From an uncultured Bacteroidia bacterium (lineage in GTDB: Bacteria; Bacteroidota; Bacteroidia; Palsa-948): DNA of 64,000 bases. The translations under genes and the position numbers were made by a program. Below are positions 26,739-36,600 of the stretch, piece after piece. Position 1 is the first letter of the stretch; the number at the start of each line of letters is the position of its first letter. The stretch covers positions 11,047 through 75,046 of the forward strand of contig CAYZTB010000009.1 of NCBI GenBank assembly GCA_964481195.1. Reading direction: 5' to 3'. The notes below the pieces were generated by a model. It saw only the letters and a list, made by a program, of their open reading frames with translations. It was not told the DNA's origin and ran no database searches.

Positions 26739-29513
26739 TTATTTACCGCTTAGCAAGTGCACATTGCCCGTAAGCACATGAGGTAGAATTCCCTCTAAGC
26801 GAATTTCGTAAACTGTACAGACATAGTAATAGACCCCATCGGAGCACGGCTGTTTGTTTTGAAGGTTGTTGCCATCCCACATGATTTCAGGATCTTCGGA
26901 TGTAAATACTTGCGCACCCCATCGATTATATATTTTGATATCTATTTTAGCAACATATTTGTATGGATGAATAGGTATGAAAAAATCATTCGATCCATCA
27001 CCATTGGGAGTAAACACGTTTGGTAAATGATAAACAGGACAATTGTCAATGCAAAATAAATTACTGAAAGCGCTTTCGTTGCCGAAAGAATCAACCGAAG
27101 TAACGGCATAACATCCTGCAATAGATATTAAGCTATCGTGCAAATAGGATGTTGTGTTAATGTCAAAAATAGTGTCAATCACAGAAAAATCACCACTTAA
27201 AGAGTCTCTATGATAAATGATGTAATAAACAGCATCATCGCTACAGGAGTTGTTTGGATTGGTCCAGTGTAAGGTATTTTGATTGTACTGGCAGCTGGAA
27301 TCAACATCCAACACGTTAGCGCATGGTGGTGTTTGGTCAATGGGTGTGCAGCAAAGTTCTTGCGACCAATTTATTAAAGGATGTGGAAGCGTAGTGTCAG
27401 GATATGCGCCAATGCTTTTTACCTTATAACAATATTGAGCTCCGTTTGCTAAGCCTGTATCTTTAAATGTTTGTAACGCAGTAGTTGAAAGCGAATCCCA
27501 GGTAGAGGTAACTTTGTTGTATCTGTAAATATCGTATTGGTAATTTTTCCATGGTGTTATTTCGCCCCATGAAATTTGAATTTGATTATCGCTTGAACTA
27601 CAAGTTAAAAAAACTGATGATGCATTTTGAGTTGGGCAATGATTGTTATTGTTAGAATAAAACTCAACGCGGTAATTGTACGGGTTTGATACAGTGTTTA
27701 AGGGAGTATCGGTATGTGTGCTATCTAAGAGCGTAGCAAAATAAGGACTTGAATAGGAAGCTATGGCAGGCTGTAAGGGATTTAAATATCCTGTTGCGCT
27801 CAGCAATTCAAACTTATAAGGGCCTTGATTTGTAGCTAGAGTAGTGTCTAAGTTCAATGGATCGGCAATGGGTCTTACCCAAGAAACTTTTATTGATCCA
27901 TTCGTAGTATTTGTTGATAGGACATCCACATTAGTAATAATAGGTACATCGCGTACTAATTTATTACATATAGCATCGGACACATAACTTTCGGCTCCAT
28001 CAAGATAAACAGCAACAACGCGGTAGGAATATACACTGCCATGAACAAGACCTACATTGTCTTTAAAGGTTTTTAGTGCTTGAGAAACCGTTCCAATTAG
28101 AGAGTACCCCCATGATGTAGGCATGCCTGTTTGGCAATAGCCAGGCTTTAGCGTATCACAACCTAGCTTGCGGTATATTTTATATTGAAATAAAGGATTT
28201 GTAGCTGGGTTACAAAATGCAGCATCCCATTTTATTACCATGCTAGCGCAGGAAGGTTCTGCAGTAAGATTTTTAGGAGCTGGAGCTATAACGCGAATAA
28301 AAAAAGTTTCATAATCTGTTAATTGAATAGGGGGAAAATCAGGCGCTCCATCATCAAGCGCTCTAAAAGTTACTAGATATGGCTGTAGCCTAACCTGATT
28401 GCAGGTAGGAGACCAAGAAAAATATCCAGTAGATGGACTTTGAATAGGAGCATCAGAAATAAAAGTAGCTGCAGGATTTGTTTTAAATGGATCGCCAGTT
28501 GCATCAAATGCATAAATATGATTAAAGCCAGGGTCGGTAGCAGTTACTGTTAGCGATAAATTTGTATTAGCTAAAATGCAAGTATCATCGACAGATGAAA
28601 TAACAGGAGGTTTGTTTATGCATTCGTAAACGGTAACCTGCATATCTCTGCGTACGGTACTAATTTTATATCTTTTTCCATTGGCTGTATTAAGTTTCCA
28701 CTCCTGAATATCAATAGCAAAATTATATTCATAGGGCAGCGAATAGGGTGAAGGAAGCTTTATCGGACTGTTCCAAATAAAATCGCCAGTTATAGGATTT
28801 AAAGTAACACCGCTAGGGATAAAATATCCGCTTACTGGCATACTAGGTCCTTGATTACAAATTCCAAGTTTATAAGAAAGACTATCTCCATCTGGATCTA
28901 CCGCTCCTGGGTTATGAATAAAAATCACTCCAATACATGCTCGGTCAATAGGCAGATTAGTTAGGGTTACAGAATTATTAAAAGAAGCCATGCCTGGTGC
29001 ATTAATTATGGTAAGCGTATCTTGAATGCTAAATGCACTTTGATTACCCACGTTTACAATACCATCGTTACGATTGGGATCGGTCATGGAAATTATATAA
29101 GAACCATAGCCGGGATAGGTATGTGTTATGGTGTAAATATTCTTTTTAATATTTAAGCTTTGAAGTGTTGGGTTTCCTATTGTCCATTGACCCATGTGGT
29201 GAGTGCCACAGTTTGGATTACCTCCACCACAGCCATTTGCGCCCCAAGCGTCTTGCTGAGGATCTCCGGATTCAAAATTGCTACGGCATACTACCGCAGA
29301 ATCTCCATCGCCAAAATAAATAGTTTGGGTACAGCGATCGGCTTGTGAGCTAGTTCCTTTGGTATAGGTAATGGCAGAAATTTCGTAGGTGTTTCCGCTG
29401 ATGTGCCTATAAATAATTTCTCCGGCACGCTCGTGAGTAGCAAATGCAGTTAATGCAAAGACAGAAAATACTATAGAGAAAAGCTTTTTCACAGATATAT
29501 ATCTTCTTAACAA
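26739..29513 (-). CDS. Secreted protein with FN3-like repeats and T9SS type B (gliding motility-associated) C-terminal domain
   Basis: AFA-THERAGEI N-terminus; LPNVFTPNGDGSND...IYNRWG...WDG...GVYYY. The start may be GTG 29492. Confidence 0.85.
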   Translation of the reverse strand: MLRRYISVKKLFSIVFSVFALTAFATHERAGEIIYRHISGNTYEISAITYTKGTSSQADRCTQTIYFGDGDSAVVCRSNFESGDPQQDAWGANGCGGGNPNCGTHHMGQWTIGNPTLQSLNIKKNIYTITHTYPGYGSYIISMTDPNRNDGIVNVGNQSAFSIQDTLTIINAPGMASFNNSVTLTNLPIDRACIGVIFIHNPGAVDPDGDSLSYKLGICNQGPSMPVSGYFIPSGVTLNPITGDFIWNSPIKLPSPYSLPYEYNFAIDIQEWKLNTANGKRYKISTVRRDMQVTVYECINKPPVISSVDDTCILANTNLSLTVTATDPGFNHIYAFDATGDPFKTNPAATFISDAPIQSPSTGYFSWSPTCNQVRLQPYLVTFRALDDGAPDFPPIQLTDYETFFIRVIAPAPKNLTAEPSCASMVIKWDAAFCNPATNPLFQYKIYRKLGCDTLKPGYCQTGMPTSWGYSLIGTVSQALKTFKDNVGLVHGSVYSYRVVAVYLDGAESYVSDAICNKLVRDVPIITNVDVLSTNTTNGSIKVSWVRPIADPLNLDTTLATNQGPYKFELLSATGYLNPLQPAIASYSSPYFATLLDSTHTDTPLNTVSNPYNYRVEFYSNNNNHCPTQNASSVFLTCSSSDNQIQISWGEITPWKNYQYDIYRYNKVTSTWDSLSTTALQTFKDTGLANGAQYCYKVKSIGAYPDTTLPHPLINWSQELCCTPIDQTPPCANVLDVDSSCQYNQNTLHWTNPNNSCSDDAVYYIIYHRDSLSGDFSVIDTIFDINTTSYLHDSLISIAGCYAVTSVDSFGNESAFSNLFCIDNCPVYHLPNVFTPNGDGSNDFFIPIHPYKYVAKIDIKIYNRWGAQVFTSEDPEIMWDGNNLQNKQPCSDGVYYYVCTVYEIRLEGILPHVLTGNVHLLSGK

Positions 29514-29579
29514 AAATAGTGCAAAAACATGAATTAAACAAAAAAATTAAAGGCTAAAATTAGAGTAGAGGTTTATCCA

Positions 29580-29954
29580 TTAATAAACTTTAATTGCTTT
29601 GCTTACTGAGCGACCTTCCTCTAATTTTACTAGGGTTGGTGCAGGGGCAGTATATGGTGCAGGAGGGGTTACTGTAGCGGATAGAATAGCTGGAAGTTTA
29701 AACGTAAAAGTGGCAACGCCAGCAGCATCGGTAGTAGAAGATTGAACTTGAATTTGAAGGTTGCCATTTGCACCTGTTTGATTTGGAGCAATTTGAATAC
29801 TTGCTCCTACCACTGGGCCATTCGTTACGCCATCCTGAATTGTTAAAACTAAATCACAATCTTTGTTTCTTCTGCAAGAAGATGAAAAAATAAATACAAC
29901 AGAAAATAAAAGAGCAAAAGAAAATAATGGGCTGTATGTAGAATTTCTTTTCAT
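29580..29954 (-). CDS. Small lipoprotein, single beta-sandwich domain
   Basis: Start reassigned to MKRNST (29954) after promoter TATCTTTG (complement of 29976-29983); lipobox SSSC. Confidence 0.7.
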   Translation of the reverse strand: MKRNSTYSPLFSFALLFSVVFIFSSSCRRNKDCDLVLTIQDGVTNGPVVGASIQIAPNQTGANGNLQIQVQSSTTDAAGVATFTFKLPAILSATVTPPAPYTAPAPTLVKLEEGRSVSKAIKVY

Positions 29955-30066
29955 GTGAGGGTTACTTGTTGAGCACAAAGATAATGATTATCATTACTTT
30001 ACCAAAATTTATTTAAGCCGAACATTGTATGTAAATAATTGAAATTAAACACCTTAAAAAAATATT

Positions 30067-31221
30067 CTAGTAATTTATCACCTGCTCTTCAATTTCCTTG
30101 GGAATTTCGCGAAAACTGTATTGCTGATTTCTCAACTGAGGCTCAAAGCCTGCTTCGCGTATGGAGCGTTGAATGCTACTAGCCGTGAAACGATGTGGAG
30201 CTCCCGCAGCCGAGACTACATTTTCTTCGAGCATGATACTGCCAAAATCATTGGCACCTGCGTGTAAACAAATTTGAGCAATTTCTTTTCCTACGGTAAG
30301 CCAAGATGCTTGTATGTTAATGATGTTAGGAAGCATAATGCGGCTTATTGCAATCATGCGAATATATTCTTCGCCCGTTGTTTTGTTTTTTACTCCTCTT
30401 ACTTCAGACAACAACGTATCTGCATCTTGAAAAGTCCAGGGTATGAATGCCAAAAAGCCTTTTGCATTTTTAGGTTTTTCATTTTGCACTTCACGGAGCC
30501 ATACTAAATGTTCAAAGCGTTCGTACAAAGTTTCTACATGCCCAAACATCATAGTGGCCGAAGTGGTAATATTTAATTTGTGAGCAGCACGCATAACATC
30601 CAACCATTCTTGTCCACCGCATTTCCCTTTTGATATTAACCTGCGTACTCGGTCGTTCAGGATTTCTGCACCGGCTCCGGGTAAGGAGTCTAAACCGGCT
30701 TCTACCAATGCTTTTAGCACTTCGGTGTGCGTAGATTTTTCAAGCTTAGTTATGTGTGCAACTTCGGGTGGGCCAAGCGAATGAAGCTTGATGTTTGGAT
30801 ACAAACTTTTTATTTCTCGAAATAAATCGGTATAAAATTTTAGTCCCAAATCCGGATGATGGCCTCCTTGCAAAAGCAACTGATCGCCACCATATCGCAA
30901 GGTCTCTTCAATTTTTTTCTTGTAGGTATTTATGTCTGTTATGTATGATTCTGCATGTCCCGGAATCCGATAAAAGTTGCAAAACTTACAATTGGCAATA
31001 CAAACATTGGTGGTATTTACGTTTCTGTCAATCTGCCAGGTAACTTTTCCATCGGGCTTTTGAATTTTTCGCAATTCATTGGCCACATACATGAGTTCTG
31101 TGATGGGTGCATTTTCAAATAGAAACACTCCTTCTTCGATAGAAAGAAATTCAAATTGGAGTGCTCGCTTTAATAATGATTCGGTGTTCAATGTATTTTC
31201 TGTATATGAAAAATGGTGCAA
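30067..31221 (-). CDS. mqnC: Dehypoxanthine futalosine cyclase (CofH-like radical SAM, futalosine menaquinone pathway)
   Basis: DRNVNTTNVCIANCKFCNF, LLQGGHHP, GAGAEIL, GANDFGSIMLEENVVSAAG. The start may be TTG 31191. Confidence 0.85.
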   Translation of the reverse strand: MHHFSYTENTLNTESLLKRALQFEFLSIEEGVFLFENAPITELMYVANELRKIQKPDGKVTWQIDRNVNTTNVCIANCKFCNFYRIPGHAESYITDINTYKKKIEETLRYGGDQLLLQGGHHPDLGLKFYTDLFREIKSLYPNIKLHSLGPPEVAHITKLEKSTHTEVLKALVEAGLDSLPGAGAEILNDRVRRLISKGKCGGQEWLDVMRAAHKLNITTSATMMFGHVETLYERFEHLVWLREVQNEKPKNAKGFLAFIPWTFQDADTLLSEVRGVKNKTTGEEYIRMIAISRIMLPNIINIQASWLTVGKEIAQICLHAGANDFGSIMLEENVVSAAGAPHRFTASSIQRSIREAGFEPQLRNQQYSFREIPKEIEEQVINY

Positions 31222-31306
31222 TCGGTTTTGAATTCAGACAAGTACCGATTTTTATTTACTTTTATGTTCAAATCTACATAATAAACGGTTACAGATATCA
31301 ATCATT

Positions 31307-32386
31307 ATGAGCGACAAAAAAATTAGAATTGGAATTACACACGGGGATATAAATGGAATAGGACTCGAAGTAATCATTAAAACATTTATGGATCCGCAGA
31401 TGCTAGAGGTTTGTACGCCAGTACTTTTCAGCTCTCAAAAAACATTTTCGTTCCATAGAAAAATGCTGAATGTTGAAATGCGCTTTAATCCGATAAGAGA
31501 CGTAGAGCAAGCTGCCGATGGACAATTCAATATCATTAATTTATACGAAGAAGAACCTGTTATAGAGTTTGGTGCTTCGCAGGAGCAAGCAGGAAAGTAT
31601 GCTTTAAAATCTATAGAGGCAGCCTGTGAGGCGTTGGAAAATAAAAAAATTGATGCGCTAGTTACAGCACCTATCAATAAACACAATATACAGTCGCCCG
31701 AATTTCAATTTAAAGGTCACACGGATTATTTGGAAATGCGATTTAAAGATTCTGCGCTTATGTTAATGTGTGCGGATAAATTAAGAGTTGGAGTGGTGAC
31801 CGGACATATTCCTGTTGCAAACATTTCGGCAATCATCAACGAAGAAAAAATAGTTCAGAAAATAAAATTGATGCACGCTTCTTTGGCATCGGATTTTGGA
31901 ATTCGTAAACCCAAAATTGCGGTGCTTGGATTAAATCCACATGCCGGTGACAACGGAGTTATTGGCAGCGAAGAGAAGAGTGTAATCATACCAGCAATCA
32001 CACAGGTAAAGAACGATGGTATGTTTGTAATGGGGCCATATTCGGCCGATGGATTTTTTTCACGATCTACTACTTCAACAGGAATGGGAAGTGCTATGTA
32101 TGATAAATTTGATGGAGTTTTAGCCATGTATCACGACCAGGGGTTGATTCCTTTTAAAGCAATTGCTTTTGATACGGGAGTAAATTATTCTGCAGGGCTG
32201 TCCATCATTCGTACTTCGCCCGATCATGGTGTTGGATATGATATAGCAGGTAAAAATCAGGCAAGCGAAAGTTCTTTCCGCAGTGCTGTATATTTAGCTT
32301 GCGATATTTATAAAACAAGAAATATGGAAAAACTAATTACGGCAGATCCATTGAAAGCATTATCGAAAAAGGAAAGGGACTTTTAA
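31307..32386 (+). CDS. pdxA: 4-hydroxythreonine-4-phosphate dehydrogenase
   Basis: GDINGIGLE, VTAPINK, GLNPHAGD, AMYHDQGL, RTSPDHG. Confidence 0.95.
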   Translation: MSDKKIRIGITHGDINGIGLEVIIKTFMDPQMLEVCTPVLFSSQKTFSFHRKMLNVEMRFNPIRDVEQAADGQFNIINLYEEEPVIEFGASQEQAGKYALKSIEAACEALENKKIDALVTAPINKHNIQSPEFQFKGHTDYLEMRFKDSALMLMCADKLRVGVVTGHIPVANISAIINEEKIVQKIKLMHASLASDFGIRKPKIAVLGLNPHAGDNGVIGSEEKSVIIPAITQVKNDGMFVMGPYSADGFFSRSTTSTGMGSAMYDKFDGVLAMYHDQGLIPFKAIAFDTGVNYSAGLSIIRTSPDHGVGYDIAGKNQASESSFRSAVYLACDIYKTRNMEKLITADPLKALSKKERDF

Positions 32387-33648
32387 CTTTTAAATAATTC
32401 CATCACTGTTATTTCAGGTGATATTCCAACACGACCCGGGTAACCCAAAAATCCAAGGCCTCTGTTAACATATAAATATTGTTTGCCTTCCGAGTACAAC
32501 CCTGCCCACTGTTTGTAAAAATATTGTACCGGACTCCATTTGAATCTCGGTATTTCAATTCCAAATTGTGCCCCGTGTGTATGTCCGCTGAAGGTAAGGT
32601 CTACATCCTTAAAGTCATTTTTTACCTGCAAGTTCCAGTGCGAAGGGTCGTGCGACAGCAATAGTTTTACAGGATATTTTTCGGCTCCTTTGTAGGCGAG
32701 GTTCATATCTCCGTACTTGGAAAAATGCAAATTGCCTCCCCAGTTTTCCATTCCTATTAATGCAATTTCCGCATCTCCTTTTTTTAATGCAATGTGTTCA
32801 TTCAGTAATAACCTCCAGCCCATTTGGGCATGTATGTTTTTTAAGTCTTGCAGGTTTTTTTCTTTTGCTTCTTTACTTTTCCAGTTTGAATAATCACCAT
32901 AATCGTGATTTCCTAAGGTGCTATAAACTCCCAATGGAGCATTTAGTTTGCTTAGTACTTGAACGAACGACTCTGTTTCGGTAGCGTAGTCATTTACTAG
33001 GTCTCCTGTAAAAAATATTATGTCCGGTTGTTGGTGTAGGATTACTTCTACCGCTTCTTTAATAAAAGAGTTTGAAATAAAACTTCCCAAATGCAGGTCA
33101 GAGATTTGAACAATTTTTAATCCATTAAAAGAGTAGGGCAAATTTGGCAAGATAACTTTTGCTCGATGGATCTTAATGTCAAACGCTCCTTTCACCATGC
33201 CGTATACAAAGCTCATAAATGGAATAGCCGCCATACCGAGAGCCAAATAATTTAGAAATTTTAATCTGCTAATTCCTCCTTCGGCAGGTATTGTTTCAAC
33301 AGAGCCAGAAGAATAAAATTTTGTAAAAAAATTTCCTATCCAGCGAAATAATCGAATGATGTCATCTGCTACAATAAATACCGTACCGATTAGCTTAGAA
33401 ATAAGCAGCATAATTACAAAAGCAAATACATACACTTTTATAAACTTGGGCCAGTCTGCAATTTGAAAAAAGGTAGGAATTAGGAAAAGCACAAATGAAA
33501 AAGCGGTAAAGCCCCAGTAGGAATAAAAGACAATATTTTTTTTATTCGCGGAACTATCTTTTAAAGCAACCGAAATAGCCTGATAAAAATACCAATCTAA
33601 AAGCAACAAAAAAAATCCTAGTACTAAAATTCGTAGGCTGATAGGCAT
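32383..33648 (-). CDS. Membrane-anchored metallophosphoesterase (YkuE/YaeI-like)
   Basis: N-terminal TM helices; SDLH, GDLVN, GNHDY, SHDP, GHTHG. Confidence 0.9.
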   Translation of the reverse strand: MPISLRILVLGFFLLLLDWYFYQAISVALKDSSANKKNIVFYSYWGFTAFSFVLFLIPTFFQIADWPKFIKVYVFAFVIMLLISKLIGTVFIVADDIIRLFRWIGNFFTKFYSSGSVETIPAEGGISRLKFLNYLALGMAAIPFMSFVYGMVKGAFDIKIHRAKVILPNLPYSFNGLKIVQISDLHLGSFISNSFIKEAVEVILHQQPDIIFFTGDLVNDYATETESFVQVLSKLNAPLGVYSTLGNHDYGDYSNWKSKEAKEKNLQDLKNIHAQMGWRLLLNEHIALKKGDAEIALIGMENWGGNLHFSKYGDMNLAYKGAEKYPVKLLLSHDPSHWNLQVKNDFKDVDLTFSGHTHGAQFGIEIPRFKWSPVQYFYKQWAGLYSEGKQYLYVNRGLGFLGYPGRVGISPEITVMELFKS

Positions 33649-33681
33649 CCGTAAATAAACTAATAATTTTTGAGAGGAAGC

Positions 33682-36600
33682 TTATCGCAGCAAGGAAATA
33701 TTTCCTTTCATGGAAATGCGAGTGCCATCAACTAAATCAGCAGTAAGGAAATAGGAATATACTTCGGTGCCACCCATTTGCTTTCCAAAAATCATTCCGT
33801 TGTAAGCCCCATCCCATTTAAATCCAATATCTGAAGTTTCAAAAACCTGTTCTCCCCATCGATTGAATAAGGCTAAATGAAAATTTTCTATGCAGGCAGG
33901 CAGTAAATAATACACTTGAAGTTCATCATTTTCTCCATCGCCATTTGGAGAGAATGCGTTTGGCAGGTATAATGTTCCTGCATTGGAACATTGATCAACC
34001 ACTACAGTTACGCAAGCAGTGTCAATACAATTACTAGCATTTGTTACTGTAACACAGTATTGAGTTGTATTATTTGGAGATACTGTTATGGTAGCGCCAT
34101 TACCACCGTTCGACCATTGATACGTGCCACCGCCACCAGCAGTTAAGTTTACGCTTTGTCCTTGTACAATGGTAGCGCCAGAACTTACAGTTGCAATTGG
34201 GTTAGCGGCTAAAAAAGTTGTAAACGATGCCGTGGCTGTACATTGCCCTATGGCTACTAAAACTGAATAGGTGCCAGGCACAGTAGGATTAATACTTGCT
34301 GTTGTAGCGCCTGTATTCCAAACATATGTAGCGCCAGCGGGAGATGCAGAAAGTGTTGCAGCTTGTCCCTGACAAATATTTGTACCTGATACTATAGCTG
34401 TTGGAGGCGGAGAGACTAACACCGTAACTGTTCCTGTATCATTGCAAGATCCAGAAGAAGTTACCACCGAGTAGCTGGTAGTAGTAGAAGGAGTTACAGT
34501 AGTTGCTGAAGTTGTAGCACCATTACTCCAAACATATCCATTGCCGCCAGATGCATTTAGAGATGCCGTTTCACCAGCACAAATTGTTACATTATTAGAA
34601 ACTATTATGATTGGCGATGGATTAACTGTAACGGAAACAGAGTCGGTATCGGAACAAGCTCCTGCGCCAGCTACGATAGTAAATGTTGTATTAACAGGAG
34701 GAGAAACAGTAATTGCAGATGTGGTAGCGCCATTGCTCCAGGAATATACAGAACTTCCAGTGGCAGATAGCTGTGTAGATTGTCCTGCACAAATTGTTGT
34801 GTTTTGTGAAACAGTAACAGAAGCCTGACTAACAACAGTAACTGTTACAGGTAAAGTATCTGAACACGATCCAGCATATCCAATGACAGAATAGGTGGTT
34901 GAAGTTGCGGGAGAAACTGAAATTGATGCAGCAGTAGCCCCCGTACTCCATAAATAAGTATTGCCACCAGACGGGGAGACCAACGCAGTAAGTGTTGATG
35001 TTTCTCCAATGCAAATTATTGTATTGCCAGAAACCGTAGTTGATAAAGTTGGCAATGCATTAACGGTAACCGTAGCAGTATCAAAACAAGAGCCGCTAAA
35101 AGCAGTAACCGTATATGTAGTTATTGAAGATGGAGCAGGGGTAATTACAATTGTAGCGCTGGATGCTCCTATATTCCATACATAATTGGTTCCACCGGAT
35201 GCAGTTAGAGTAGAAGATGTTCCACCACATAGCGTAGTATTTCCAGAAACGGATGCAGTAATATTTGCGCCCACATTTATGGTTAACGTATCATCGTCCG
35301 AACAGGAACCTGAAAAAGCTATGACTGTATAGGAGGTGTTAGTAGCAGGAGTTACAACGATGGAAGAAGTGGTTGCAGAGTTGGACCATAAATAAGTTGT
35401 TCCGCCAGATGCAGTAAGTGTAGCACTTCCTCCAGTACAAATATTTGTAGGGCCATTAATAGTTGCGGTAATGTTATTTGAAATTGTAACAGTTACACTT
35501 TGTGTATCTGAACAACTTCCCGAATAAGCTACCACAGAATAGGTGGTTGTACTTGATGGAGTAACAACAATGGAAGAAGTTGATTGTCCAGATGACCAGG
35601 AATAGGAACTTCCGTTGGAAGCAGTTAAGGTAGCCGCATCGCCAGAACAAATAGTGGTGTTTGGTGAAACAGCGGCAGTAATTCCGGGAGTAACATTTAC
35701 GGTAATGCTGGTGGTGCCAGTACAACTTCCACTTCCTACATTAATTGTGTAAGTTGAAGTAGTTGTTGGAGAAACTATAATGGATGATGTGGTTGCCCCT
35801 GTAGACCAAGAATATGTATTGCCTCCAGAAGCTACAAGCGAAGAATTACCTCCTGCACAAATCGTATTGTTTCCTGTAATCGTAGGATTGATAGAGGAAA
35901 TTACTGTCACAACTACAGTGGCAGTGCCGGGACCGCAGGGAGTTCCTACGGTTACAACATAGGTTGTAGTTGAAGCTGGTGATGCAACAGGATTTGAAAT
36001 GTTTGCATAACTTAATCCAGTAGCCGGTGACCATGAGTAAGAACTTCCTGCTGATGAAGTAAGAGTGGTATTCCCTCCTGTACAAATTGTTGTATTGGGC
36101 GATGCAGAAACTGCAGGTGAATTTGTTGCAGTTACTAAAACCGGTTGATGATAAGTTCCCGGGCAAGTTGCAACGTAAAAAGTGTAAGTACCTGCAGTAG
36201 CAATTACCGAAGTTGTTAGTGTGCCTCCAGTTCCAATTACATTACCTGCAACACTTGCATCGTACCAAGAAATTATAGCACCTCCAGGAGTTCCACCTAA
36301 CGTAGCAGTAAGCGTTGCAGCTTGTCCAGCACAAATAGTAACGTTTGGTGCGTTGATAACGAAATTTGTTACGGTGGTTGTGCTAGTACCTACGCCACCT
36401 GCCGTTGCACCGTTTGGAGGGAATTCTGTAAGACTAGTGGAGTTGGTAACTCCATTTACTCCAGGATTTACGGTTGTTGCGGGTGCTCCATTAGAAACAT
36501 CAACATGTCCACCACCTCCGCCTCCTCCAGGTCCCTGCGCTTGTGAATCGTTTAGCGTAAATGTTTGATCACCGCCCTTGCCTCCATTGGCACTTATTGA

